Origin: Sediminibacterium sp.
Lineage (GTDB): Bacteria; Bacteroidota; Bacteroidia; Chitinophagales; Chitinophagaceae
Assembly (NCBI GenBank): GCA_017996795.1
Contig: JAGOGG010000001.1
Location: forward strand, 1 to 53,009
Reading direction: 5' to 3'
DNA: 53,009 nucleotides
A program made the translations under genes and the position numbers. A model generated the notes under the pieces. The model did no database searches. It was not told the origin of the DNA and saw only the letters and a program-made list of their open reading frames with translations. Shown piece by piece: positions 30,119 to 39,668 of this stretch. Within the stretch, counting starts at the first letter, position 1; every line of letters starts with the position of its first letter.

Positions 30119-31035
30119 TGAAAGGAATAGCTGAGATAAAAGGTTTTTTTTACGGTAACTATTTCTACGCAATTTGTGCCGTTGCTTTATCCATCGAATG
30201 TTCATTACAACTGGGTTTGCCACTAAATAATGTTTTCTATTATTTATTAATTGGCTTCGCAACTATCCTATACTATACTCACGCTTATTATATTGAAATT
30301 AAGCGAACCCCAACAACCCTTAACGATAGAACTGCCTGGTACTTGCGTAATAAAAAAAAGATTGAAAGAACGCAGTTAATCTTAACTTTTTTACTAGCAA
30401 CCATTACCCTATTGGTTGTGAATGGACTCCAACCCCATTTTTCTAAAGTAAATACTAAAAGCTGGTTGATATTATTTAGTTTTTTTGTAATAGGTATTGC
30501 CTATTACAAACATATGCATCCATTTTGGGGCAAGTGGGGATTAAGAAACAATGGGTTAATAAAGCCGCTTATTATTGGTTGGGTTTGGGCTGGCACAGTA
30601 TCATTTTCACCAGTTTTCTTTTATGATTTGAGCAATCCAGGTCAAGATAAATCCCTAGATACACTAACCGGACTTCTATTTATTAAAAACTGGTTATTTA
30701 TTAGCATTCTTTGCATTCTCTTCGACATCAAAGATTACGCAAACGACGCCAATCAGCATTTGAAAACCTGGGTAGTTCAATTTGGACTCAGAAAAACATT
30801 GTTTTGGGTCATTTACCCAATGACTATTTTAAGTGTACTGGCTTACTGGATTTTTGCAATCGGGCAAGAATTTTCCATTTTTAGAATACTATTCAACAGT
30901 ATACCTTATGTATTGTTGATAACTGTTTGCACTTTTATGCACCAACGTAAAAGCATTCTCTATTATCTTGCAATCATTGACGGATTGATGCTGGTAAAAG
31001 CAATTTGTGGCATAACCGGCATGTTGGGTAATTAA
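30118..31035 (+). CDS. UbiA prenyltransferase-like membrane protein
   Basis: Multiple TM helices, KPLIIGWVWA, FDIKDYANDA..LKT Asp-rich motif, C-terminal IDG. Confidence 0.7.
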   Translation: MKGIAEIKGFFYGNYFYAICAVALSIECSLQLGLPLNNVFYYLLIGFATILYYTHAYYIEIKRTPTTLNDRTAWYLRNKKKIERTQLILTFLLATITLLVVNGLQPHFSKVNTKSWLILFSFFVIGIAYYKHMHPFWGKWGLRNNGLIKPLIIGWVWAGTVSFSPVFFYDLSNPGQDKSLDTLTGLLFIKNWLFISILCILFDIKDYANDANQHLKTWVVQFGLRKTLFWVIYPMTILSVLAYWIFAIGQEFSIFRILFNSIPYVLLITVCTFMHQRKSILYYLAIIDGLMLVKAICGITGMLGN

Positions 31036-31045
31036 ACTTTTAATA

Positions 31046-32158
31046 ATGGCAAAAGCAAAAACAACCAAGACTAAGTCGGTAGTTACCGAAAAGTCTATGA
31101 ATTTTTTAAAAACGTATATCAATACTCCTTCTCCTGTAGGATTTGAAAGTGGTGGTCAAAAATTATGGATGGAGTATATAAAACCCTATGTAGATACCAT
31201 TTTTACAGACCCCTACGGAACTGCTGTTGGGGTGGTTAATCCTACTGCTCCTTTTAAAGTAGTGATTGAAGCACACTGTGATGAAATCAGTTGGTTTGTA
31301 AATTATATTAATGATCAAGGGCTTATTTATTTGAAAAGAAATGGAGGAGTTGATCACCAAATTGCTCCAGCAAAGCGGGTACTTATTCATGGTAAAAAAG
31401 GCCCTGTAAAAGCCGTTTTTGGATGGCCTGCTATCCATACTCGTTTAAGCAACCCGGAACAAAAAGAACCTTTACCAAAAATAGAAAATCTTTGTTTGGA
31501 TTGTGGAGCAAGAAATAAAAAGGAAGTAGAAGCTTTGGGGATTAGAATTGGTTCTGTAGTTACTTATGAAGAGGGATACGACGAATTGGCTTATGATTTT
31601 ATTATTGGACGTGCGTTTGACAATAGGGTTGGGGGATTTATGATTGCGGAAGTAGCCAGACTACTCAAAGAAAACAAGAAGCAATTACCTTTTGGACTTT
31701 ATGTGGTAAATGCAGTTCAAGAAGAGATTGGATTAAGAGGAGCTGAAATGATTGCCAGAAGAATTAAACCGAATATCGCCATCATTACAGATGTAACGCA
31801 TGACACAAGTACTCCAATGATTAGTAAAATTATTGAGGGCGATATTCAATGCGGTAAAGGGCCTTCTCTTGCTTTTGCCCCAGCAATTCATAATAAATTA
31901 CTTGCAGTGGTTGAATCTGTTGCAGAAAAGAATAAGATTCCAGTTCAAATGCGAACCCTAAGTAGAAGCACAGGAACAGACACCGATAGTTTTGCATATG
32001 CAAACGATGGATGTCCTTCTGTATTAATTTCTATCCCTTTAAGATATATGCATACTACCGTTGAAATGTTGCATAAAAAAGATATTGAAGACACCATCAA
32101 ATTAATGTACGAAACCTTATTAACATTAACGCCTAAGACCAATCTTAGCTATCTATAA
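31046..32158 (+). CDS. M42 family metallopeptidase
   Basis: AHCDEI, DNRVG, QEEIGLRGA, DVTH, GTDTD, RYMHT. Confidence 0.92.
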   Translation: MAKAKTTKTKSVVTEKSMNFLKTYINTPSPVGFESGGQKLWMEYIKPYVDTIFTDPYGTAVGVVNPTAPFKVVIEAHCDEISWFVNYINDQGLIYLKRNGGVDHQIAPAKRVLIHGKKGPVKAVFGWPAIHTRLSNPEQKEPLPKIENLCLDCGARNKKEVEALGIRIGSVVTYEEGYDELAYDFIIGRAFDNRVGGFMIAEVARLLKENKKQLPFGLYVVNAVQEEIGLRGAEMIARRIKPNIAIITDVTHDTSTPMISKIIEGDIQCGKGPSLAFAPAIHNKLLAVVESVAEKNKIPVQMRTLSRSTGTDTDSFAYANDGCPSVLISIPLRYMHTTVEMLHKKDIEDTIKLMYETLLTLTPKTNLSYL

Positions 32159-32160
32159 GC

Positions 32161-33000
32161 ATGGTAATACCCAGCCAAACAACCTATAAAGTGGCCATAC
32201 TTGATCTTTATGAAGGTCAAGCCAACCAAGGAATGCGTTGTATAAGAGAAATACTTGCCGAATGGGGAAGTAAAAATAATATTCAGATTCAATTAGATGA
32301 ATTTAATGTTCGAGAACATTTAGCGGTACCCTCTTTAGATTATGATCTATTTATATCTAGTGGAGGCCCAGGCTCTCCTCTAGATACTATTGATACTAAA
32401 TGGGAAGCAGCTTATTTTAGCTGGTTAACCCAACTAGAGCAATGGAATAATAGTACCAATTGTTTCCCTAAAAAACATGCATTCTTTATTTGTCACAGTT
32501 TTCAATTACTCTGCAGACACTATGAAGTTGGCAATGTGTGTAAACGAAAATCTACTTCATTTGGCGTATTCCCGGTTCATATGATGGAAGATGGCCACCA
32601 TGAATTGGTCTTTAATGGCTTACGCGATCCATTCTATTGCGTTGACAGCAGAGACTATCAAGTAATTGAACCCAATCACGAAAAAATCAGAGAACTGGGT
32701 GGGGCTATTTTAGCCATAGAAAAAAACAGGCCCCATGTGCCCTTTGAAAGAGCCATTATGGCCGTTCGTTTCAATGATTATTTCATGGGCACGCAGTTTC
32801 ATCCGGAAGCAGATGCAAATGGAATGGCCATGTACTTACAAAGAGAAGATAAAAAAAATGTGGTTATAGAAGCACATGGATTGGCTAAGTGGGAAAGCAT
32901 GGTAGAACAATTATTGGATCCGGGAAAAATCATGTGGACCTACAACCATATTCTTCCTAACTTTCTTCATCAAGCCACAAAAGAATTGGTTACCCAATAG
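32161..33000 (+). CDS. Class I glutamine amidotransferase-like protein
   Basis: SGGPGSP, ICHSFQ nucleophile Cys, TQFHPE. Confidence 0.85.
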   Translation: MVIPSQTTYKVAILDLYEGQANQGMRCIREILAEWGSKNNIQIQLDEFNVREHLAVPSLDYDLFISSGGPGSPLDTIDTKWEAAYFSWLTQLEQWNNSTNCFPKKHAFFICHSFQLLCRHYEVGNVCKRKSTSFGVFPVHMMEDGHHELVFNGLRDPFYCVDSRDYQVIEPNHEKIRELGGAILAIEKNRPHVPFERAIMAVRFNDYFMGTQFHPEADANGMAMYLQREDKKNVVIEAHGLAKWESMVEQLLDPGKIMWTYNHILPNFLHQATKELVTQ

Positions 33001-33016
33001 TCCAAAATTTTAACTT

Positions 33017-34213
33017 ATGGTTCCTGCAATCAGAAAACAATTCAACGAATCTTTTACTGATGCTGGGTATCAACAATACCTAGCAGTTCTAAATGAAAAA
33101 TATAAAGGAGCAATCGAATTTAGGGTTGCAGAAACTCCTGTATTTATTGATAAAATTTTTAAAGAGAAGCTACTTTCAGCTTGCGAATCAATTGTTGATT
33201 TTATTGTACAACCCAACTTCATTGAGTTAACCAATCATGCAATTCCTTCTAATGTAAAAGTTCCCAACGAAAATAAGCATACCCATTTTATTGCTTTTGA
33301 TTTTGGAATATGTGAAAATGAATTAGGAGAACTTGAACCACAATTAATTGAAATGCAAGGGTTCCCTACCCTATTTGCTTATCAAATATGGCACGACTTA
33401 ACTTTTAGAAAACAATATGCAATTCCAGAAAATTTTAGTTGTTACTTAAATGGATTTACACAAGAAACATATACTGCTTTACTCAATGAAATTATAGTAG
33501 GTAACTATTCCCCAGAAGAAGTCATTCTTTTGGAATTATTTCCGCATGAACAAAAAACAAAAGTTGATTTTTATTTTACAGCCGAATATACTGGCATATC
33601 TATAGTTTGCTTAACAGAATTAATTAAAGAAGGGAATGACCTTTTTTATATAAAAGACAAGAGGAAGATTCAAATTAAGCGAATTTATAATCGGATTATT
33701 TTTGATGATTTACAACAACAAAAAAAAGAAATACAAGCAATAGGCCAAATTCTTTTTGAAGATTTAAATGTTGAATGGGTTCCTCATCCAAATTGGTTCT
33801 ACAGAATTAGTAAATATACTTTACCATTTATTCAGCATCCATATGTTCCAACTACATGGTTTTTGAATGAATTAAAACAGGTTCCTCCAGACTTAGAAAA
33901 CTATGTATTAAAACCATTGTTCTCATTTGCAGGACAAGGCGTAGTGATTGATGTTACTCCAAAAGATATTGAGTCAGTTCAAGACCCAGAAAATTGGATA
34001 CTACAAAAAAAAGTAAAATACGCTGCAGTAATTGACACCCCCAATGAACCCGCCAAAGCTGAGCTTAGAATTTTTTATTTTTGGAAAGAAGGGGACGAAA
34101 GACCTATTGCAACCAATAACTTAGCCCGTTTGAGCAAAGGAAAAATGATTGGTGTTAGATACAACCAAGACAAAGACTGGGTTGGAGGAAGCCTTGCTTA
34201 TTTTGAAAAATGA
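33017..34213 (+). CDS. ATP-grasp-like (circularly permuted / glutathionylspermidine-synthase-like) amidoligase
   Basis: FDFG..PQLIEMQGFP, IYNRIIFD, YVLKPLFSFAGQGV, ILQKKV, AELR. Confidence 0.6.
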   Translation: MVPAIRKQFNESFTDAGYQQYLAVLNEKYKGAIEFRVAETPVFIDKIFKEKLLSACESIVDFIVQPNFIELTNHAIPSNVKVPNENKHTHFIAFDFGICENELGELEPQLIEMQGFPTLFAYQIWHDLTFRKQYAIPENFSCYLNGFTQETYTALLNEIIVGNYSPEEVILLELFPHEQKTKVDFYFTAEYTGISIVCLTELIKEGNDLFYIKDKRKIQIKRIYNRIIFDDLQQQKKEIQAIGQILFEDLNVEWVPHPNWFYRISKYTLPFIQHPYVPTTWFLNELKQVPPDLENYVLKPLFSFAGQGVVIDVTPKDIESVQDPENWILQKKVKYAAVIDTPNEPAKAELRIFYFWKEGDERPIATNNLARLSKGKMIGVRYNQDKDWVGGSLAYFEK

Positions 34214-34839
34214 CTTTAATTACTATGCACGACAACTTATCTACGCATGCCAAGAATATCCTTGGCTTACAATTACCTACCGATCCTAGATGGGTAGATT
34301 TAGCCAGTATTTCATTAGAAGCAATATTAACAGACCACGCTTATTGTGAGCAGAAAGCAGCTTTAACCTGTATCTCTTATATTCAACGTTATTCTGATAG
34401 AAAAGAACTTGTAGAAGCCCTATCTCCGATTGTTACTGAAGAATGGGGGCATTTCAGAGCTGTATTAGCAGAACTCAACAAAAGAGGACTTGCTCTAGGC
34501 AAGCAAAGAAAGGACGAATATGTAAACCAATTATTGATTTTTCAACACAAGGGTGGGCATATAGAAGACCGACTTTTAGACCAGTTACTCACTATGGCAT
34601 TAATTGAAGCAAGAAGTTGCGAACGATTTAAACGCTTAAGTGAAGGTTTAGAAGATGCTTATTTAAGAAAATTCTACCGAAAATTTATGGAAAGCGAAGC
34701 AGGTCATTACACTTTGTTTATAACCCTTGCAGAATTATATATCCCCAAAACAAAAGTTAGAGCAAGATGGAAAGAATGGCTTGCCCACGAAATTGAAATC
34801 ATGAAACACCTTGAATTAAGAGGAGATCGAATTCATTAA
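34210..34839 (+). CDS. miaE: tRNA-(ms2io6A37) hydroxylase
   Basis: DHAYCEQKAA, EEWGHF, ALIEARSCERF, SEAGHY di-iron motifs. Confidence 0.92.
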   Translation: MTLITMHDNLSTHAKNILGLQLPTDPRWVDLASISLEAILTDHAYCEQKAALTCISYIQRYSDRKELVEALSPIVTEEWGHFRAVLAELNKRGLALGKQRKDEYVNQLLIFQHKGGHIEDRLLDQLLTMALIEARSCERFKRLSEGLEDAYLRKFYRKFMESEAGHYTLFITLAELYIPKTKVRARWKEWLAHEIEIMKHLELRGDRIH

Positions 34840-34895
34840 ATTAGAATTCCCAATTACTTCCAACTTTTGTAGATTTTGAATAAAACAATATCGCC

Positions 34896-34927
34896 AAAAA
34901 AAAACCCCGAGTAAACTCGGGGCTTTT
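34896..34927. terminator. Intrinsic terminator between convergent miaE and OmpA genes
   Basis: A9-CCCCGAGT-AA-ACTCGGGG-CTTTT; strong U-tract on minus strand. Confidence 0.85.
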
Positions 34928-34947
34928 CAATATAAGTAGTTCAATCA

Positions 34948-36300
34948 TTATTCTTGAACCTTAAAGTCTACTCTTCTATTCAGCGCTTTACCTTTTGCAG
35001 TTTTGTTGTCTGAAATTGGTTGAGTGCTTCCGAAGCCTTCAGCAGTTAGTCTTGCAGCGTCAATCTTTTGAGCTACTAAGTAAGACTTAACCGCATTTGC
35101 ACGCTTCACAGACAATGGATTATTGATTTTGTCGTTTCCAGAAGCATCAGTATGACCTTCTACAAATAATTTCAATGTAGGATTCTCATTTAAAGCTTTT
35201 ACCACTTTGTTTAATTCTACTTTAGACACTTTGGTTAATACTGCAGAACCAGATACGAACTGTACTTTCTTATTATCAAAATTGTAAGTTGCTTTTAGTT
35301 CAGGACAACCATTGTTCTCACGAGTTCCTTTAATTGAAGGACACTTATCTTCTTCATCATTTACACCATCTCCATCAGTATCAGGTATTGGACAACCTTG
35401 ATAACGTGCTAAACCTGGAACTGAAGGACACTTATCTTCTTCATCATTTACACCGTCTTTATCGGTATCAGGAATAGGACATCCATTGTATTTAGCTACA
35501 CCCGCAGTGGTAGGACACTTATCATTCTCATCATTGATGCCATCTTTATCGGTATCTGGTACAGGGCAACCATTGTATTTGGCAACTCCTGCTACAGTAG
35601 GACACTTGTCATCCTTGTCGTTAATGCCATCTTTATCTGTATCAACTGGTGCTGGAGCAGCAACAGGAGGAGGTGGCGGAGGAGTAACCATTTTAGGAGC
35701 TGGCTTATCCTTTAATGGAGAAGCAATACCTACTGTATAAGCAGTATGATTATACGCTAATCCAGAAATGGCGCCACGGAACAACATTTGGGTATTGATG
35801 AAGGTTTCTCCGCCCAAATTGAATTGTAATCCTACACCAGTATTACCCTGAGCAGCAAAATAAGTTCCAGCATACATTGAAGCGCCAACACCTACTGTAA
35901 AATAAGGAACTACAGTATATTTATCGGTTAGCAACTTAACATTCACATTTGCATCTGCTTCTAATAAGAAAAGGCTTCTTGTAGAAGAAGTAACACCAGA
36001 CTTTCTATAAAAAGGATATTTAGTGTAAGTACCAGATAATGTAGCCATGAAGTCTACATGCTCAGTGATACCTTCGAAATATTGAAAGCTTAAACCAGGA
36101 CTCATTTCCTTCAGAGGAGTAAACTCACCACTTTGAAGAACACGAGAAAGAGAAGTTCTGCTGATTTTTTCCGCAGTGTACATATCATTCAAGAAAAAAG
36201 CAACACCTAAGCTGGCTCTTTTCTTATAGCTGGTAGGTGTTTGTGCAAAAGAAGCAGTTGCCAAACCAACAACTATTAAAGAAAACAGAAATTTCTTCAT
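34948..36300 (-). CDS. OmpA family outer-membrane protein with thrombospondin type-3-like repeats
   Basis: Signal peptide, beta-barrel-like N-terminus, Pro linker, DxDxDG..D..DKCP repeats, EGHTD..LS..RA..V and NRRV OmpA_C motifs; TATTTTTG -7 box at 36325-36332. Confidence 0.93.
   Translation of the reverse strand: MKKFLFSLIVVGLATASFAQTPTSYKKRASLGVAFFLNDMYTAEKISRTSLSRVLQSGEFTPLKEMSPGLSFQYFEGITEHVDFMATLSGTYTKYPFYRKSGVTSSTRSLFLLEADANVNVKLLTDKYTVVPYFTVGVGASMYAGTYFAAQGNTGVGLQFNLGGETFINTQMLFRGAISGLAYNHTAYTVGIASPLKDKPAPKMVTPPPPPPVAAPAPVDTDKDGINDKDDKCPTVAGVAKYNGCPVPDTDKDGINDENDKCPTTAGVAKYNGCPIPDTDKDGVNDEEDKCPSVPGLARYQGCPIPDTDGDGVNDEEDKCPSIKGTRENNGCPELKATYNFDNKKVQFVSGSAVLTKVSKVELNKVVKALNENPTLKLFVEGHTDASGNDKINNPLSVKRANAVKSYLVAQKIDAARLTAEGFGSTQPISDNKTAKGKALNRRVDFKVQE
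35302..35643 (-). repeat. Four tandem ~87-nt (29-aa) TSP3-like coding repeats
   Basis: DTDKDGINDKDDKCPTVAGVAKYNGCP and three variants. Boundaries approximate. Confidence 0.85.
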
Positions 36301-36374
36301 AAACAGGTTTTTGTTAATTTATGGCAAAAATACAAGTAGAAATTGGTTTTCTAAAATTATGATAACTTTATCTT

Positions 36375-36857
36375 TTAATTATTTTTCCCCTCTGGAGCCT
36401 GTACAACTTCCAATTTCACTTTTGCAAGTCCCTTATTCAAAAATTCTAATTTTTTGGCTGCAGCCCTAGTTAAATCAATCACTCTTCCCTTTTTTTTCAT
36501 TCTAGGGTGCATTTTATCATTAATCTTGACTACTGCCCATTTTCCGTTTTTCATATTGGTCACTTTTACCCATGTTCCCAATTTGAGGCTATTACTAGCG
36601 CCAGTAAATGCTTTATTAGTAAATCTTTCTCCTGAGGCGGTTTTGATCCCTTCAAAACGACCACTATAATAACTTGCCGTTCCCAAAACTACTTTGCCAG
36701 TAAAAACCAAGTTGGCATCTGCTTTAAGCGCACTATCTGCCGACCACAATAAACTATCTGGCATACCAGGATTAAACAGCACTGAATCTGCTTGTGTTTG
36801 CCCCTGAACCTTACCCGCTAATATGAGTAATAGAATAAAAAGTATTTTATGATGCAT
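36375..36857 (-). CDS. rlpA: Septal ring lytic transglycosylase RlpA family (DPBB domain)
   Basis: GTASYY..F.G.KTASGE, VKVTN, VKIND, RVIDLT.AAA. Confidence 0.85.
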   Translation of the reverse strand: MHHKILFILLLILAGKVQGQTQADSVLFNPGMPDSLLWSADSALKADANLVFTGKVVLGTASYYSGRFEGIKTASGERFTNKAFTGASNSLKLGTWVKVTNMKNGKWAVVKINDKMHPRMKKKGRVIDLTRAAAKKLEFLNKGLAKVKLEVVQAPEGKNN

Positions 36858-37025
36858 TCAATTGCTTTAAATGAACAATGGTGCGTACATAAGGTACAAA
36901 AAATCACCGAATGAGCTTCGCACTTTCTGCCACAATAGCCAAATTGTATGCCGAAGTTTGATTCAAATGAAAAAAATCAACCATGTATATTAAATACAAG
37001 TTGATTTTCAATAACTTATGATCTA

Positions 37026-37331
37026 CTAAATAGGAGTTACAGCAACTACCGCATCCAGGTTTAGGGTGCCGTGTATATGAGGGAAGACCTCATTAATATT
37101 TCCTGCCAGTTCAAATACGAGTGGGCGTTCTACTTTGTCTTTTTGAATTGTCAGCTTTACTAACCCAGTTACTCCTTGGTAGTATCTTTCTAATACACCA
37201 TTCACTTGATCAGCAGTACTGCAATGCATGAATCCTTCTTTAACCAATGTATCGGCCTCATAAAATCCTTGTTTAAAAGCCAAATCCCATTTTTCTTGGG
37301 TAGTGATATGATATATAAAATCTCCGTTCAT
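37026..37331 (-). CDS. DUF952 family protein
   Basis: IYHIT...W, EGFMHCST..QV, FPHIHG.LN. Confidence 0.85.
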   Translation of the reverse strand: MNGDFIYHITTQEKWDLAFKQGFYEADTLVKEGFMHCSTADQVNGVLERYYQGVTGLVKLTIQKDKVERPLVFELAGNINEVFPHIHGTLNLDAVVAVTPI

Positions 37332-37332
37332 G

Positions 37333-38331
37333 TTAAAATAGTCTTTTTAATTTTTGTTCTTGAAGCATTAAATCGGTGATGACCATTGCTGTTACCGCTT
37401 CCAAAATTACAGGAACACGTAAAGCAATGCACAAATCATGCCTTCCTTTAATTGAAAACCGTTCTTGTTCTTGGTTATCCCAATTTAAAGATACTTGTTC
37501 TTTAGGTGTTGAAGAAGTTGGTTTAATTGCCACCCTAAAATACAAGTCGTTCCCATTACTAATACCACCAACAACGCCACCGGCATGATTGGTTTTAGTA
37601 TGACCCGCAATATTTTCAATGGCATCATTGTGCTCAGACCCAAACATTTTTGCTGCAGCAAATCCGGCCCCAAACTCTACCCCTTTAACGGCAGGTATAG
37701 CGAACACTGCATGGCTGATCAGCGATTCTACAGAATCAAAAAAATGTTCCCCTAAACCAATTGGCAATCCCGTTGCAGTACAAGCTACAATTCCCCCAAC
37801 ACTGTCTTTTGCATCAATCGCTTTTTGCAACCCTTTTTCTAAATCGGTTTCTCCACCAATTTCATTGATGACTGATTGAACTTGTATCTGATGTTGTACT
37901 AATAATTTTTTCGCGACCACTCCAGCTGCAACCAAGCATACTGTTAACCGACCACTAAAATGACCGCCCCCTCTAAAATCTTCAAAACCGCCATATTTTA
38001 CATGTGCAGTAAAATCTGCATGGCCCGGTCTTGGTATGGATCGGTGTTTATCGTAATCTTGGCTTCTTGTATTGTTGTTTTCAAATAAAATGGTCAATGG
38101 AGCACCAGTTGTTTTTCCATTGAATAATCCACTTTTGAAAATGGGTAAATCATCTTCTTTTCTTGGTGTAGTTCCTTTTTGCACCCCCCCTTTTCTTCGT
38201 TCGGTATCTACAATAAAATCTTCAACAGATAAAGGAAGACCAGCAGGACATCCATCAATGACAAGTCCAACGGACTCTCCATGAGATTCCCCAAAAATTT
38301 GCACACAGAATAATTTACCAAATGCGTTCAC
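37333..38331 (-). CDS. aroC: Chorismate synthase
   Basis: GESHG, PRPGHAD, GGGHFSGR, GRHD; GTG start. Confidence 0.96.
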   Translation of the reverse strand: MNAFGKLFCVQIFGESHGESVGLVIDGCPAGLPLSVEDFIVDTERRKGGVQKGTTPRKEDDLPIFKSGLFNGKTTGAPLTILFENNNTRSQDYDKHRSIPRPGHADFTAHVKYGGFEDFRGGGHFSGRLTVCLVAAGVVAKKLLVQHQIQVQSVINEIGGETDLEKGLQKAIDAKDSVGGIVACTATGLPIGLGEHFFDSVESLISHAVFAIPAVKGVEFGAGFAAAKMFGSEHNDAIENIAGHTKTNHAGGVVGGISNGNDLYFRVAIKPTSSTPKEQVSLNWDNQEQERFSIKGRHDLCIALRVPVILEAVTAMVITDLMLQEQKLKRLF

Positions 38332-38355
38332 CTTGCTGTTTATATTTAAACGTTA

Positions 38356-39651
38356 TTATATTTCAGTTATTACACCAACACCTAATTGTTGTAAGTGACT
38401 ATAAAATGCTGGATAAGATTTATTTATTGCTTCTGCATCTTGAATGGTAACTGGCGCATCCGCATTTAATGCAGCAATAGCCGTGGCCATCGCTATCCGA
38501 TGATCATGATGAGAAGAAACTTTTGCTGAATTAATTGGCGTTACCTGCAATCCATTTCTACGTCCTACAACAAGCATCAAATTGTCTTGCAGCTTTATTT
38601 CAACACCCAATTTAGCAAATTCTTCTTGTAATGTAATTCCTCGATTACTCTCTTTATATGCGAGTCTATGAACTCCTTCTATCACTGTAGTACCTTCACA
38701 AAAGGCAGCCAATGCAACCAATGGAGGAAATAAATCAGGACAATCGGTAGCGTCAAAATGAAAGGCTTTTAAAGGCAATGACCTTACTTCTATTTGATGT
38801 TCTTGAACAGAAAGTCCGGCTCCTGCATCAGACAATGCCTGCAATATTGCTTTGTCTGCCTGTGTAGAAAATACATTTAATCCCTTAACATTAATATTTC
38901 CAGCAACTGCCCCAGCAACCAATAAAAAAGCAGCTCCACTCCAATCCCCTTCTACTTGGTATTGGATATTGGTTTTTTTTCCTTTTTGATTGGCTTTAAC
39001 GAAACTAAACGATTCGTAATTATTATTTTGAATAGTAGTTCCAAATGCTTCCATTACTTGTAATGTAAGATCTATATAGGGTCTACTTTTTAAGTCATTC
39101 ACAGTTATGGTAACACCGTCTGCTTCTGCAGCACCAAAAGCCATTAATAATCCCGTTAAAAACTGAGAGCTCAAAGATCCATCAATAGTGATATTCGTTG
39201 GTGTTAGTGGCCCTTGAATGGTGATAGGCAAAAACCCTTCCGCTGAGCTCATATGCACTTTTAGTTGCGGAAGCACTTCATCAAAAAAATGCATCGGCCT
39301 TTTCAATAAACTTCCTGACCCATTAATGGTTAAGCTTGCCTTGCTTAACGCAGCAATTGGTGTAAACATTCTGATCCCCAATCCACTTTCTCCACAATTA
39401 AGTTGTTGAGAAATAGGAGCTACTCCAGTAGATTGAATCGTTAAACTTTCTTCTGAATGATTGATGATGGATGCTCCCAATTTTTGAATCATTTCAATAG
39501 CAGCCAAATCATCAAAACTATTTCCTGGATTAACAATATGAGTTGTTCCATGATGCAGCAATGCCGCAGCACAGGCTCTCTGCATGCAGCTTTTACTTGC
39601 ATTAGCAAGTATTATACCTTCTATTTTAGCAGGATGAACGATTGCAATCAT
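38356..39651 (-). CDS. aroA: 3-phosphoshikimate 1-carboxyvinyltransferase
   Basis: SKS..QR, CGESG, RPM, SSQF, KESNR, DHRIAM. Confidence 0.96.
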   Translation of the reverse strand: MIAIVHPAKIEGIILANASKSCMQRACAAALLHHGTTHIVNPGNSFDDLAAIEMIQKLGASIINHSEESLTIQSTGVAPISQQLNCGESGLGIRMFTPIAALSKASLTINGSGSLLKRPMHFFDEVLPQLKVHMSSAEGFLPITIQGPLTPTNITIDGSLSSQFLTGLLMAFGAAEADGVTITVNDLKSRPYIDLTLQVMEAFGTTIQNNNYESFSFVKANQKGKKTNIQYQVEGDWSGAAFLLVAGAVAGNINVKGLNVFSTQADKAILQALSDAGAGLSVQEHQIEVRSLPLKAFHFDATDCPDLFPPLVALAAFCEGTTVIEGVHRLAYKESNRGITLQEEFAKLGVEIKLQDNLMLVVGRRNGLQVTPINSAKVSSHHDHRIAMATAIAALNADAPVTIQDAEAINKSYPAFYSHLQQLGVGVITEI

Positions 39652-39668
39652 CAGAACAAGTTAGCTTA

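Noticed and set aside
35302-35643. Tandem ~87-nt repeats as a possible CRISPR array
   Set aside because: In-frame coding repeats with synonymous variation, no unique spacers and no cas genes.
35486-35740. 84-aa repetitive plus-strand ORF
   Set aside because: Antisense shadow of the OmpA repeats and Pro linker.
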